A DNA stretch of 52,671 nt from the NCBI GenBank assembly GCA_002772645.1, contig PFDK01000009.1:1-52671 (forward strand), written 5' to 3'. Below, in pieces: positions 1 through 9,437 of this stretch (position 1 is its first letter; every line of letters starts with the position of its first letter). The notes under the pieces were generated by a model. That model had not been told where the DNA came from. It worked only from the letters and a program-made list of their open reading frames with translations, and searched no databases. The translations under genes and the position numbers were made by a program. The stretch is from Candidatus Pacebacteria bacterium CG10_big_fil_rev_8_21_14_0_10_56_10 (GTDB taxonomy: Bacteria > Patescibacteriota > Microgenomatia > UBA1400 > PJMF01).

Positions 1-1
1 C

Positions 2-1006
2 GGCCTGCTGTTGCTCACCGGCTTGTTGATCAGCGCCGGCCGCTCTCTGTACCGGACCATGGAGCTGTTCCAGCGGACTATCATTTTCACCGGCCTGCCG
101 CTAATACTGGTACTGACTGCTTGGCTGACCACCAAAGCGGACTGGATCGAGTTGGGGTGGGGACTGATCGGCCGCGGCGACGGCTACTGGTTTTTTCCCG
201 AGGGCCTGGCGCTGGCGGCTTTTCTGGGCGCTTTTGCTTTCGCCGGCGCCGGCGGCAATCTCAACCTGGCCCAGTCGTACTACATCCGCGAGAAAGGTTT
301 AGGCATGGGCCGCTACATGGACAAAATCACCTCGATTTTCCGCGGCGGCGGCCAGGCCGCTCATCTCGAGGGGAAGACCTTCGCCCAGACCGCCCACAAC
401 CGGCGGCGTTGGCGGCAGTGGTGGCGGCTGGTCAATCTTGAACACTTTTTGGTGTTCTGGTTGTTGGGCTTCATTACCATCGTGGTGCTGGCTATCCTGG
501 CCAAGGTCACCGTCTTCGGCCAGGGCCTGGAGCAGGGCCTGTCCTTCCTGTTCGTCGAAGGGACGGTCATCGGTCAGCGCACCACTCCTTTCTTAGGCAC
601 CCTCTTTCTGCTGGTAGCCGCCTTGATGCTGTTCTCGACGCAAGTGGGCGTCCTCGAGTCGGCCTCGCGGATCATTTCCGAAAACGTTCTGCTGATGTTC
701 TACCGGCCCGGCCAGCGCCGGCAGGTCAACGCCTCGCTGTGGTTTTACGCCGCTCTGTGGGGCCAGATCAGCCTGGGGATCGTCATTTTACTGCTGGGCT
801 TCCAGGAACCGCGCTTCCTGCTGACGCTGACCGCCGTCCTCAACGCCGCCGCCATGATGACGGCCTTCCCTCTGCTGTACTGGCTCAACACCCGCCGCCT
901 CAAACCAGAGTACCAGCCCGGCACTTTCCGCAAGCTGGCCATGGCCACCGCCTTTGGCTTTTTTGTGTTCTTTTTGGTGATTACCCTCCGAAACTTCCAG
1001 GTGTAG
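2..1006 (+). CDS. Nramp-like/APC-fold divalent metal transporter, 5' part outside window
   Basis: Frame open from window edge; many TM helices; AFAGAGG-NL-QSYY-REKG-GMG motif typical of Nramp-like family. Confidence 0.7.
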   Translation, partial: GLLLLTGLLISAGRSLYRTMELFQRTIIFTGLPLILVLTAWLTTKADWIELGWGLIGRGDGYWFFPEGLALAAFLGAFAFAGAGGNLNLAQSYYIREKGLGMGRYMDKITSIFRGGGQAAHLEGKTFAQTAHNRRRWRQWWRLVNLEHFLVFWLLGFITIVVLAILAKVTVFGQGLEQGLSFLFVEGTVIGQRTTPFLGTLFLLVAALMLFSTQVGVLESASRIISENVLLMFYRPGQRRQVNASLWFYAALWGQISLGIVILLLGFQEPRFLLTLTAVLNAAAMMTAFPLLYWLNTRRLKPEYQPGTFRKLAMATAFGFFVFFLVITLRNFQV

Positions 1007-1075
1007 CCGGCTGGTGCGACGCGCGTTGCCGGCGAGCGACCGCGAATACAGTCGATAGAGTAGTAGTGATTAGTA

Positions 1076-1240
1076 CCTGACTTTTCTTTCCAGTTGGCAT
1101 TATTTTACTTTCTTGGCACATCTAAAAAACTCACTTTAAGCGAGTGGGCCAAAACGGCCCACTTTCGGCCCACTAATGGCCCACGGAAAGCGTCGCCAAA
1201 AAAAACACCCCCAAAGAAATTACTCCCTAGGGGAAGGTCA
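1076..1240 (+). mobile_element. Dispersed TIR/iteron element copy E1 (trimmed near both ends)
   Basis: Starts CCTGACTTTT; contains GTGGGCCAAAACGGCCCAC, 2 extra 11-bp units and CCCTAGGGG; ends AAGGTCA; matches core of 33049-33290. Confidence 0.85.
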
Positions 1241-1391
1241 AACTGATCTCGTCGTGATGCGAGACATGGATATGCCTGTCTTTAGGATGAGTGTTCAAAC
1301 AGAGGAAACTGCTCTCCAGGCTCTGGAGGAACACCGAAAGGGCAAAACTACAGAGATTAAAGATATTGATGAATTTCTGGCTGATCTATGA
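1241..1391 (+). pseudogene. 5'-truncated RelB/DinJ-like antitoxin
   Basis: C-terminal ...ALEEHRKGKTTEIKDIDEFLADL overlaps the toxin start; the ORF start at 1176 lies inside repeat E1. Confidence 0.5.
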
Positions 1392-1696
1392 AGTTGGTTT
1401 ATTCTGATCATTTCAAAAAGAGGTTAAAAAAAAGACTGAGTAAGAACTCGTCTCTAAAGCAAAAAGTTGGGAAACAGCTTAAATTACTTGTTTCAAATAT
1501 CCAGCATCCTTCACCCAAGACTCATAAACTCAAAGGAAACGGGTCTAAAGAATATGCAATTTGGATTGAAGGAGATCTGAGAGTAACTTTTCTACTAATT
1601 GAAGATACCATATTGTTGTCCGGCGGCACTTTGGCGACATCATTCGGCGAACCCATACGGGTAAAGAACACTTCATTGTCGAGAAAGATGGCCTAG
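1388..1696 (+). pseudogene. RelE/YafQ-like mRNA interferase, native C-terminus lost at about 1618
   Basis: MKLVYSDHFKKRLKK...HPSPKTHKLKG...YAIWIEGDLRVTF is RelE-like; after ~1618 the frame runs out of frame into a different gene. Confidence 0.65.
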
Positions 1697-1905
1697 CGCT
1701 GGCCGCTCTCATCTCGATTACTGACTACGAGGAACTGATGCGAGAGCGACAAGATCGTGAGCGGCGCCTAAAGCGCTTTGCTCAGATCAACAAAGCTTTC
1801 AGCGACGAAGCTAAGCGCCTCTGCATCAGCGAAGAAGACATGATGGCTGAACTGGAGAAGACAAAGGAGCGGGTTTTCCAGGAACAGTATGGCGACGACC
1901 GCTAG
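1618..1905 (+). pseudogene. 5'-truncated Phd/YefM antitoxin (not in ORF track)
   Basis: Manual translation VRRHFGDIIRRTHTGKEHFIVEKDGLALAALISITDYEELM...QYGDDR*; in-frame stop at 1600 and no start codon after it. Confidence 0.7.
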
Positions 1906-2017
1906 TGCCAACAGTCGCCGGGAAGCGGTGCTATAATCACGGCACTTGACTGAACTTCTCAACTCGTCGGGGTCTGAAGTGACGCCTGGTCCCACTCAAG
2001 AACAACTCTAATCAACC

Positions 2018-2677
2018 ATGGCCGCCGACCCAGCCCCGCCCGTCCTGTTCGACATCGACGACACCTTGCTCGACACCGGCCGGTTTTTCCGGCAAGTCCT
2101 CTGGCCGCTACTGTCCGGCTTGCTCGATATCTCCCTCGGCGAGCTCGATGACTCCGCCCGGCTCTACTTTGACCGACTAAGCAGTCCCTCAGACTTTCAT
2201 CCCCTGGAACTGCTCGCCCACCTGGCCACCATCTACCAGATCGAGCTGGACCGCCTCCGGGAAGTGGTCTTTGTGCCCGACAATGTCGAGCGTTGCCGCT
2301 TTGAAGACGTCCTGCCGGCTATGGACCAGCTGGCCGGTTCGACCCGGCTCGGCATTTACTCCGAGGGTGTCCGCCAAGACTGGCAGCAGTTCAAGCTGGA
2401 GAGCTTAGGGGTGATGGACTGGCTGCAGCCTGATCTGATCTTTATTGAAATGCGCAAGTTGAGACCGGAAGTGGTGGCCCAGCTGCCTCCGGGAGTGCTG
2501 ATAGTCGACGATAAGCGCTCAGTAGTCACCACCCTGGCCAGGTCAGGCCGCGTCCAGCCAGTGCTGATCGACCGCTCGCGCGGGGGAGGAGCGCCGACCG
2601 CCGAGCAACCGGCCGTACCGGTTATCACCACTCTGGCCGAACTGCCGGAGCTGATCGCTCGGCTACACCACCAGTAA
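2018..2677 (+). CDS. HAD-superfamily hydrolase
   Basis: FDIDDTLLD motif I; IVDD motif IV. Confidence 0.8.
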   Translation: MAADPAPPVLFDIDDTLLDTGRFFRQVLWPLLSGLLDISLGELDDSARLYFDRLSSPSDFHPLELLAHLATIYQIELDRLREVVFVPDNVERCRFEDVLPAMDQLAGSTRLGIYSEGVRQDWQQFKLESLGVMDWLQPDLIFIEMRKLRPEVVAQLPPGVLIVDDKRSVVTTLARSGRVQPVLIDRSRGGGAPTAEQPAVPVITTLAELPELIARLHHQ

Positions 2678-3277
2678 ACCGACGATCAAGTTGACCACTG
2701 GCAGGATCAAACTGGCCACGGGCGAGCGCCCGCCCAACGGCAGGATGAGCAGGATCAGCACTAAAATCCCGTAACGCGACATGAAGCGCTCGTACTCGAG
2801 GGCGGTCCCAGCCGGCAGCAGCGCCAGCAGGATCTTACTGCCATCGAGCGGGTAGACGGGCACCAGGTTAAACACCGCCAGCACGATGTTGATCAGCAGC
2901 AGCTGGAACAGCCCGCCGCTTAGCCAGGGAATGACGTTGAAGTTGATCATCAGGCTCAAGCCGATAGCCAGCGCCACGTTGGTCATCGGCCCGGCCAGAG
3001 CAATCAGCGCCGTGTCGCGGACCGGCTCCTTGAGGTTGTACGGGTCAAACTGGACAGGCCGCCCCCAGCCAAAGTTAGTCAGGAAGATGGCCAGCGTTCC
3101 CAGCGGGTCCAGGTGCGACAGCGGATTGAGGGTGACGCGTCCCTGGTAGCGGGGGGTGGGATCGCCCAGCTTGTCGGCCGCCCAGGCATGAGCGAACTCG
3201 TGAAAGGCGATCGACAACAGCAGTCCCGGGAAAATAATAGCAAAAGCGATTGGATTGGCGCTCAACAAAGCCAGCAT
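2663..3277 (-). CDS. Site-2 protease (M50) family zinc metalloprotease
   Basis: HEFAH and FNLVPVYPLDG motifs; start reset to the ATG 7 nt after TATAAT. Confidence 0.9.
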   Translation of the reverse strand: MLALLSANPIAFAIIFPGLLLSIAFHEFAHAWAADKLGDPTPRYQGRVTLNPLSHLDPLGTLAIFLTNFGWGRPVQFDPYNLKEPVRDTALIALAGPMTNVALAIGLSLMINFNVIPWLSGGLFQLLLINIVLAVFNLVPVYPLDGSKILLALLPAGTALEYERFMSRYGILVLILLILPLGGRSPVASLILPVVNLIVGLLVV

Positions 3278-3383
3278 GGACGTCATTATACCGTGATGGC
3301 GTCTCGGCAGGTGTCGGCTCGGCGGCACCGGCCGACCGCAGTCGCCTTGCGTGCGGTTTTGTAAACGTGGTACGCTCTGGTTG

Positions 3384-3890
3384 GTGAAGAAAAAACAACG
3401 GCCATACCCGCTGCCGCGGCCGCTGCCGCGTTTACCAAAATCAACAGGTTTTACTTTGATTGAGCTGTTGGTAGTCATTGCCATTATCGCTATCCTAGTG
3501 GCGATCGGCATCACCGCTTTCAGCTCAGCCCAGCAGGCCGCCCGCAACGTCAAGCGGCGTGCCGATGTCCAGGGCCTGGCCAAGGCATTTGAGCAGTACA
3601 ACCTAGCCAACGGCGGCTACTCACGAGTGTCCGGCGAAGGATACCAAGGTTGTATGGGCATGATCCACGATCAGATTGGCCACGAACGGGAAAGCGAGAT
3701 AGCCCAGGACCCGACCACAAACGGGGTGTACCCGATGGCATGTTTTACTACCAACTTCTGCGTCTGCGCGGTGCTTGAACCTCAGGGAACGAGCACTGAC
3801 GGCAATGCTACCGGTGTCAATACTTCTACCGGCGCTTGCAACTTTGCCAGCGGCGGCGGCACCAATTTCTGCGTCAGCTCTAAGTTGTAA
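3384..3890 (+). CDS. Type IV pilin / prepilin
   Basis: G|FTLIELLVVIAII cleavage-methylation motif; Cys-rich C-terminus; GTG start 7 nt after TACGCT. Confidence 0.9.
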   Translation: MKKKQRPYPLPRPLPRLPKSTGFTLIELLVVIAIIAILVAIGITAFSSAQQAARNVKRRADVQGLAKAFEQYNLANGGYSRVSGEGYQGCMGMIHDQIGHERESEIAQDPTTNGVYPMACFTTNFCVCAVLEPQGTSTDGNATGVNTSTGACNFASGGGTNFCVSSKL

Positions 3891-3985
3891 AGTTGAGGGT
3901 TGGCGAAAAAGCGTGCTGTTCGGGTGCTGTTTTTATTGAGTTTCTCTCGACTGAGCATATTGACAAAAAGGGTACAATTACTTAC

Positions 3986-4276
3986 ATGCCTCAGGTCGAA
4001 TACATGATTCCAGTATCTATTATTAAAGAAGGAGATAGCTTTGTCGCCTATTCTCCTGCCATTGATATTTCTACGGTTGGAGATACTTTCGAAGAGGCTC
4101 AAAAGATGTTTGGAGAAGCATCCCAATTGTTTTTCGAAGAAATAATGGAGAAGGGAACAACTGAAGAGGCTTTACTGGAACTTGGTTGGCAAAAGAATGA
4201 AGAAAGTTTTTTCCCACCAACAGTAGTAAGTCATGACTTAATGTCTATTTTAGTTGCCAACCGAGCATATGCCTAA
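3986..4276 (+). CDS. hicB: HicB-family antitoxin
   Basis: IIKEGDSFVAYSPAIDISTVGDTFEEA; AT-rich; overlaps hicA. Confidence 0.8.
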   Translation: MPQVEYMIPVSIIKEGDSFVAYSPAIDISTVGDTFEEAQKMFGEASQLFFEEIMEKGTTEEALLELGWQKNEESFFPPTVVSHDLMSILVANRAYA

Positions 4277-4502
4277 GATTTCTCGGGTAAAATGGCAGAC
4301 ATTTGAAAAATTTTTATTACATGTTGGATGCGTTTTAAAAAAGCAAAGGGGCAGTCATCGCGTTTACTGGAGAGCAGATTTAAATCGTCCAATTGTTTTA
4401 CCAAAGTACAAGGAACTACCTGTTTTTGTTATTAGAAATAATTTAAGAACACTTGGAATAAGTCACAACGAATACTTAGAAATGCTTAATCAGATTAGCT
4501 AA
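4269..4502 (+). CDS. hicA: HicA-family toxin
   Basis: Basic 77-aa protein with QRGSH motif and RPIVLP. Confidence 0.85.
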   Translation: MPKISRVKWQTFEKFLLHVGCVLKKQRGSHRVYWRADLNRPIVLPKYKELPVFVIRNNLRTLGISHNEYLEMLNQIS

Positions 4503-4552
4503 TCTCTCTTTCATCGGTGGCACCGGCCCACAGCGTGGTAAAATACAGCCCC

Positions 4553-4798
4553 ATGCCGAAATTCGCCGTCAAGTACCCGCGCAGCTCCCACGTAGGCCAC
4601 AACGTCTCTCACGCCAAGAACCGGACCAAGCGACGCTTCAAGTACAACCTCCACACCGTCACCATCATGGTCGATGGCACCAAGCAGCGGCTACGCGTGC
4701 CGACCAAAGTCCTGCGCCAGCTCAAAAAAGAGGGTATTACCACTCACTGGCGTCTTCAACCGCGCGATCATACTCCAGCAGCCGGTCCCAGAGCGTAG
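4553..4798 (+). CDS. rpmB: 50S ribosomal protein L28 (Cys-free form)
   Basis: GHNVSHAKNRTKRRFKYNL signature. Confidence 0.92.
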   Translation: MPKFAVKYPRSSHVGHNVSHAKNRTKRRFKYNLHTVTIMVDGTKQRLRVPTKVLRQLKKEGITTHWRLQPRDHTPAAGPRA

Positions 4799-5105
4799 GA
4801 TCAGCCTCGGCGAACTGGGCCAGGATCGGATATTTTTCCGCCAGCCGCGCCTCCAGGTATTGCCTTTCCAGTTCTGCTTGCTGCTCTACAGCGATTTGTT
4901 GCGGGGTTTTGGCCGGCGGTTCTGACTCCGTCGCCGGCTCCTGTGTGGTGGTGGCGACCTCAGTTGAAGGTCGCTCGAGGTTGCGCAGGGCGTGCCGGAC
5001 AACATCACTTATCGACGAGAAGTGGCCGGCGGCCACCAGTTGCCGAACCTCCTCGACCAGACTTTCTGGCAGGATGACGTGCTGGCGAGTCAGCTTTGAT
5101 CGCAT
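4737..5105 (-). CDS. Ribbon-helix-helix (CopG/Arc/MetJ-like) DNA-binding protein with extended C-terminus
   Basis: RQHVILPESLVEEVRQLVAAGHFSSISDVVRHALR RHH pattern; no adjacent toxin. Confidence 0.75.
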   Translation of the reverse strand: MRSKLTRQHVILPESLVEEVRQLVAAGHFSSISDVVRHALRNLERPSTEVATTTQEPATESEPPAKTPQQIAVEQQAELERQYLEARLAEKYPILAQFAEADPTLWDRLLEYDRAVEDASEW

Positions 5106-5177
5106 AGTACCACTATTGATGTAGTATACCCTGTTTTTTTAGGACAATTAAGACCAAAAGTTTAGTTACGAAAAAGT

Positions 5178-5277
5178 CTAGTTATGCTTTTTTTGGGGCC
5201 AGTCTTTAGTGTGCCGAAAGTGTGCCTTTAGTGTGCCTTTTTGGCCCACGATTTGAAAACCTGATTTTTAAGATATC
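5178..5277 (-). repeat. Diverged relative (E2) of the dispersed element; 11-bp iterons at 5209-5249
   Basis: GTGTGCCGAAA GTGTGCCTTTA GTGTGCCTTTTTGGCCCAC, with flanking TTTTGGGG and TTTTAAGATAT resembling minus-strand copies. Confidence 0.65.
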
Positions 5278-5313
5278 GAATTTTTTGAGGACATTTTTTT
5301 AGCGGGGGTTGTT

Positions 5314-6297
5314 CTAAAGTTCTGTCAAAATTGCCTTGCTGAACTCAGCCCAGCGAACGGGCCGCCGGCCCTCCAGTTGAACTTCGTCGAGGACCAGTCG
5401 GGGGCCGCTGAGATGGGCCGTCAGCAGTTTTAGCCGCCCGCGCTTATGGCTGGTTTGGGACTGGCCGCCACCGCTCGCGCCGCCAGCGGCCAACGGCGCC
5501 ATTGTCCACACACCGGGAAAACCGGCCAGCGCCCGGATAGCGCGCTCCAGTCCCACCGCCGACAAATCCTCGGCGAGCGCTTCAGCCAGTGAGGGGCTGA
5601 CGGCGCCGGCCGGCAGCGGCCGGCCGGCCATGGCCATCTGCAGGCCGGTCCAAGTTACCCGGCCGTCCGAGCGCTGGAAGCGGCGGGCGTACGGAGTGGG
5701 GGAGCCGGCCGGCTGAGGTCGGGGGGACAGCTGGCCGGCCAAGTAGCGCGGCAGGTCGGCGATCACTTGCCGAGCGGCCAGCTGGTAGAGCCGCTCGTAG
5801 AGCGATTGCCGGGTGTCGGTGGCGGCTACACTCAGCCGGGACTGTGACAGGACGCGGCCGGTGTCGAAGCGCGGCGCCATCTCGATCAGAGTGACGCCGG
5901 TTTGGGACTGGCCGGCCAGCAAGGCCCACTCGGCCGGGTTGGCGCCCCGGTAGGCCGGTAGCAGGCTGAAGTGAAGATTGAGGGCGCCGCGCCGCGGCCA
6001 CTCTAACCAACCTGGTGAAAAAAGGCGGCCGTATCCGGCCGCCAGCAGAATATCGCTGACAGGTAATGGGCTGGACGCCAGCGCCGCCGCGTCCACCGCC
6101 TCTGGGGTGTAGACGGCTACCTCGTTCTGTTCGGCCAGCCGGTGGACCGGAGTGGCCGTCAGCTGTTGACGGCGGCCGGCCGGCCGAGGAGGAGTGGTGA
6201 TCACTCCCACCACTTCCAGGCGAGGCTGTTCCAGCAGCGCCTGGAGTATCAACCGAGAGTAGTGCTGAAATGAACCGGCGAAAACGATAGTCATCAC
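5314..6297 (-). CDS. fmt: Methionyl-tRNA formyltransferase
   Basis: NLHFSLLPAYRGANP, DTG motifs; follows def. Confidence 0.93.
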   Translation of the reverse strand: MMTIVFAGSFQHYSRLILQALLEQPRLEVVGVITTPPRPAGRRQQLTATPVHRLAEQNEVAVYTPEAVDAAALASSPLPVSDILLAAGYGRLFSPGWLEWPRRGALNLHFSLLPAYRGANPAEWALLAGQSQTGVTLIEMAPRFDTGRVLSQSRLSVAATDTRQSLYERLYQLAARQVIADLPRYLAGQLSPRPQPAGSPTPYARRFQRSDGRVTWTGLQMAMAGRPLPAGAVSPSLAEALAEDLSAVGLERAIRALAGFPGVWTMAPLAAGGASGGGQSQTSHKRGRLKLLTAHLSGPRLVLDEVQLEGRRPVRWAEFSKAILTEL

Positions 6298-6911
6298 TAC
6301 AGTACCTCGAGGATGCTCCGATCGACTAACTCCTCGAGCTGGTCGGTCTCGGGGTTGAGCTGGAACACCGGTAGGTCGTGCTCGAGGCTGTAGTCGGTAA
6401 ACAGCACCCCGTCCAGGTGGTCAAGCTCGTGTTGGAGAACGCGGGCCCGGAAGTCCTCGGCGCGCTGGCTCCGGTTGACCAGCCGGTCTGTCTCCAGCTG
6501 CTGGTACTCTAGCTCGATCCAGCTCCAGCGCGGCACCGGCCCGTACAGCTTAGGAACAGACAGACAGCCTTCGTAACGCGGCTCGTCCGGGCGGGGGCCG
6601 AAAGTGAGGTGGCTGGAGTGAGCCTTGATTCGCGGGTTGAGGTAAACGGTGGTGACGGTTCGGTGGGCGGCGGCCTCCAACTCCTCGAGCTCGCGGTCGG
6701 TGCCGGCCGGCAGTTGAGTAGCAAACAGCCGCCAACCTTGATTGACCTGCGGCCCGGCCAGGCCAACCCCCCGGGGCTGGCGCTGGCGCGCCAGGGTGTC
6801 GGCCAGCCCGTCCACCAGCCGGCGCAGTTTGGCGTCGGCCCGCTCGACCGGTTTGGCGGGTCGGCGCAGGCTGGGGTGAGGGGCGGTGACGATCCGCAGA
6901 GAACTGGCCAT
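6297..6911 (-). CDS. def: Peptide deformylase
   Basis: GVGLAGPQ, EGCLS, HELDH motifs. Confidence 0.96.
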   Translation of the reverse strand: MASSLRIVTAPHPSLRRPAKPVERADAKLRRLVDGLADTLARQRQPRGVGLAGPQVNQGWRLFATQLPAGTDRELEELEAAAHRTVTTVYLNPRIKAHSSHLTFGPRPDEPRYEGCLSVPKLYGPVPRWSWIELEYQQLETDRLVNRSQRAEDFRARVLQHELDHLDGVLFTDYSLEHDLPVFQLNPETDQLEELVDRSILEVL

Positions 6912-6917
6912 GGTGAT

Positions 6918-9206
6918 CTAGGGGCCTATTGTACCGCTCAGCGACGCCGCCCGCTGTTGGGCCAGCTGATGGTCGCTCTTGAGGTTTTCTAAGATGTAGC
7001 GATACTGCTCGAGGGCGCGGCGGCGATCGTCGTCTGACCCTCCGTCGTCAGGCCGGCCGGCCGCGGCCCGGGCCTCGTAAGCCTGGCCCAGTTGAACCCG
7101 AGCGGCTTCGTAGTCGCTCTTCAGCTCGACTGCCAGCTCCAGTTGAGCGATGCCTTGATCAAGTTGGTCCTGCCGGAGGTACGCCAAGCCCAGGTTGAAG
7201 GGCAGAGTGGGATCGGTGGGCGAGAGTTGACGGGCAGTCTGGAGGGTGGTCACCGCCTGCTGAGCAAACTGGGGATCGACCGCCGCCAGGTTAAGAAAGA
7301 CGTCGGCCCGTGATTTATAGAAGTTGAGGTGGGCCGGGTTGAGTTCCAGGGCGGTGTTGCTGTTCTCAACAGCGAAGCGGGCAACCTCGGCGGCCGAGCT
7401 GGCCTGGTTCTGCTCAGCTAATGCCTTAGCGAAGCCGGCCAGAGCGCTGGCCAGCCGGTCGTAGTACAGCGCTTCTTGGGGAGAGCTGTCGATGGCAATC
7501 GCGAACGAGGTCAGGGATGCCTCCACTGCCCCCAGTCGTAGTTGGGCCTTGGCTTGAGCGTACACTCGGTCGGCCGTCCAGAACGTCACCAGCCGCTGCC
7601 AAAGCGCCGCCATGATCAACACTGTTATCAAGCTGAACATAACTTGCCGCCAGGAGCCGCCCCGAGAAGCGACGACGACGGAGCGCTCCTCTGCCAGGCC
7701 GGCGTTGAGCGGGTGGTCGCCCAGCGCCCAGACTGCCAGCATCCCGAAGTAGAGGAACATCAGCAGGCTGACCGTCACCGTCGAGAACCCGAAAAAGTTA
7801 CTCACGCTCAAGGCCGCTACTCCGCCCAGCAGAGCCGCCACCAGCCAGCGGTCGGCCTCGGCCAGCTGCCCGCCAGCCCGCTTGCCGCGACCGGTCACCA
7901 GCCGCCAGCCCAGCCAGCCGAAGCCGGTCAGTAGCCCCAAGTAGGCGGCCGTACCGACCGTGCCGGTAGTGGCCATCAAGTTGAGGAGCTCGTTGTGCGC
8001 TTTGTTGTACAGAAAGTTCCACTCCGACACCAAGTTGTGTTCCACCGGCCGGTCGCGGTAGTAGCTGTAGGCGAACGTCTCGACTCCGGAGCCAAACAGC
8101 GGGTAGCGTTTCCAGACATCAAGGGCGCCGCTCCAGACGATCCTGCGGATCTCGCCCGAGTCGGTACCGCCCAGTTCCAGCCGGTTAAGGGGCTGAGGGG
8201 CAGTCTCGGCCTCAGCAGTAGGGGAGGAGCCGCTTGAGGTTAGGCCGACCAGCGCCGGCAGGCTGCGATTAAACGGCGATCCCAGCAAGGCTATCAGCAC
8301 CGCCATCATCAGTCCGGCCGGCGCCACCAGCCGCCAGGTTTGCTGCCATCGCTTTTTGGTGATGACGGCCACCAGCCCCGCCCAGACCGCCATGCCTGCC
8401 GCCAGGCCCAGCAGTCCGGAACGCGACTCGGTCAACAGCAGGGCGATGGTCATCAGCCCCAGGGCGGTGACTGCGATGGCTTGGGTAGCGGTGGGCTTGT
8501 CAAGAGGCAAACGCCGGCTGCCCAGCGAAACTCCCAGCGAACCGGCTAGCGCCGCCGCTACCGGCAGGAGAGTGACTAGGTAGGCGGCTAGCCAGTTGGG
8601 TTGACCGAAAGTGCCGAAGATCCGGAAGCGGGGATTGGTCATCTCGCTCCAGCAATCGGTGGTAAAACTGCCGGAAATAAAGAGACAGCTGACAGCGTGG
8701 CCGAACTTCTCGGGGATGGCGAACAGGGCCGCCCCGCTGGCGGCAATCAAGCCGGTGACCAGCAGGGGCTTGAGGTGGCGACGATTGAAGTTGCTGACCA
8801 GCGCCGCCATCAGCAGGCTGTAGCTGAGGCTCGACATCAAGCCGCCGTGAAACCTCGAGTAGTAGCCGAACAGCGAGGTATGGGGATGGATCGACAGCAC
8901 TGTCGAGACGGCCTGGGTGAGCAGGAACAGCAGGAGCGGCAGGAACAACCAGTGGCCTCGCCAGATGAAGCGCCGCTCAGCGATGCTCCGCAACGCCCAC
9001 AGCCCGCCAATCAGGACGGTGAAGCCGTACACCAGCACCATTTTGTTGAACTCGAAGAGTTCGTCGTTAAACCAGGTGAAGGCGAACGGCACCGTGAACA
9101 CCATCAGGTGAAAGCTGACGACGACTGCCCGCTGGAGTCGTTCTCCCCAGGGAGTGGGGGTGAAATTGGCGGCGGACGCGGTGACTTTTCGAGCTTTTTT
9201 TGCCAT
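6918..9206 (-). CDS. O-antigen ligase (Wzy_C)-family membrane protein with C-terminal TPRs; possible pilin oligosaccharyltransferase
   Basis: GTFGQPNWLA, TESRSG, FGSGVETF, KAHNELL motifs; TPR-like helices; start reset to MAKKARK. Confidence 0.85.
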   Translation of the reverse strand: MAKKARKVTASAANFTPTPWGERLQRAVVVSFHLMVFTVPFAFTWFNDELFEFNKMVLVYGFTVLIGGLWALRSIAERRFIWRGHWLFLPLLLFLLTQAVSTVLSIHPHTSLFGYYSRFHGGLMSSLSYSLLMAALVSNFNRRHLKPLLVTGLIAASGAALFAIPEKFGHAVSCLFISGSFTTDCWSEMTNPRFRIFGTFGQPNWLAAYLVTLLPVAAALAGSLGVSLGSRRLPLDKPTATQAIAVTALGLMTIALLLTESRSGLLGLAAGMAVWAGLVAVITKKRWQQTWRLVAPAGLMMAVLIALLGSPFNRSLPALVGLTSSGSSPTAEAETAPQPLNRLELGGTDSGEIRRIVWSGALDVWKRYPLFGSGVETFAYSYYRDRPVEHNLVSEWNFLYNKAHNELLNLMATTGTVGTAAYLGLLTGFGWLGWRLVTGRGKRAGGQLAEADRWLVAALLGGVAALSVSNFFGFSTVTVSLLMFLYFGMLAVWALGDHPLNAGLAEERSVVVASRGGSWRQVMFSLITVLIMAALWQRLVTFWTADRVYAQAKAQLRLGAVEASLTSFAIAIDSSPQEALYYDRLASALAGFAKALAEQNQASSAAEVARFAVENSNTALELNPAHLNFYKSRADVFLNLAAVDPQFAQQAVTTLQTARQLSPTDPTLPFNLGLAYLRQDQLDQGIAQLELAVELKSDYEAARVQLGQAYEARAAAGRPDDGGSDDDRRRALEQYRYILENLKSDHQLAQQRAASLSGTIGP

Positions 9207-9437
9207 CAGGGAACGCCACAGTATACCAAGGATGACATACCAAGGATGACGGCCAGACTGACCACCTTTTTGGGGCGAGTTGGTAGCGAGTTGGTGGCGA
9301 GCGCCTGATACTCCTGATACTAAACTGAACATAGTGACCTTCGCCTCATTTTCGTGTTCCTGAGATGGGAAACGGCCAGTACAATGCTATCATTGATAAA
9401 TCGGTAGAAGAAAGAATAGCTAAGCGGAGAAAAGCAG

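Noticed and set aside
1176..1240. Annotated start of ORF 1176-1391, and ORFs 30494-31084 and 44710-44952
   Set aside because: They read through the non-coding element or the duplicated alkA piece.
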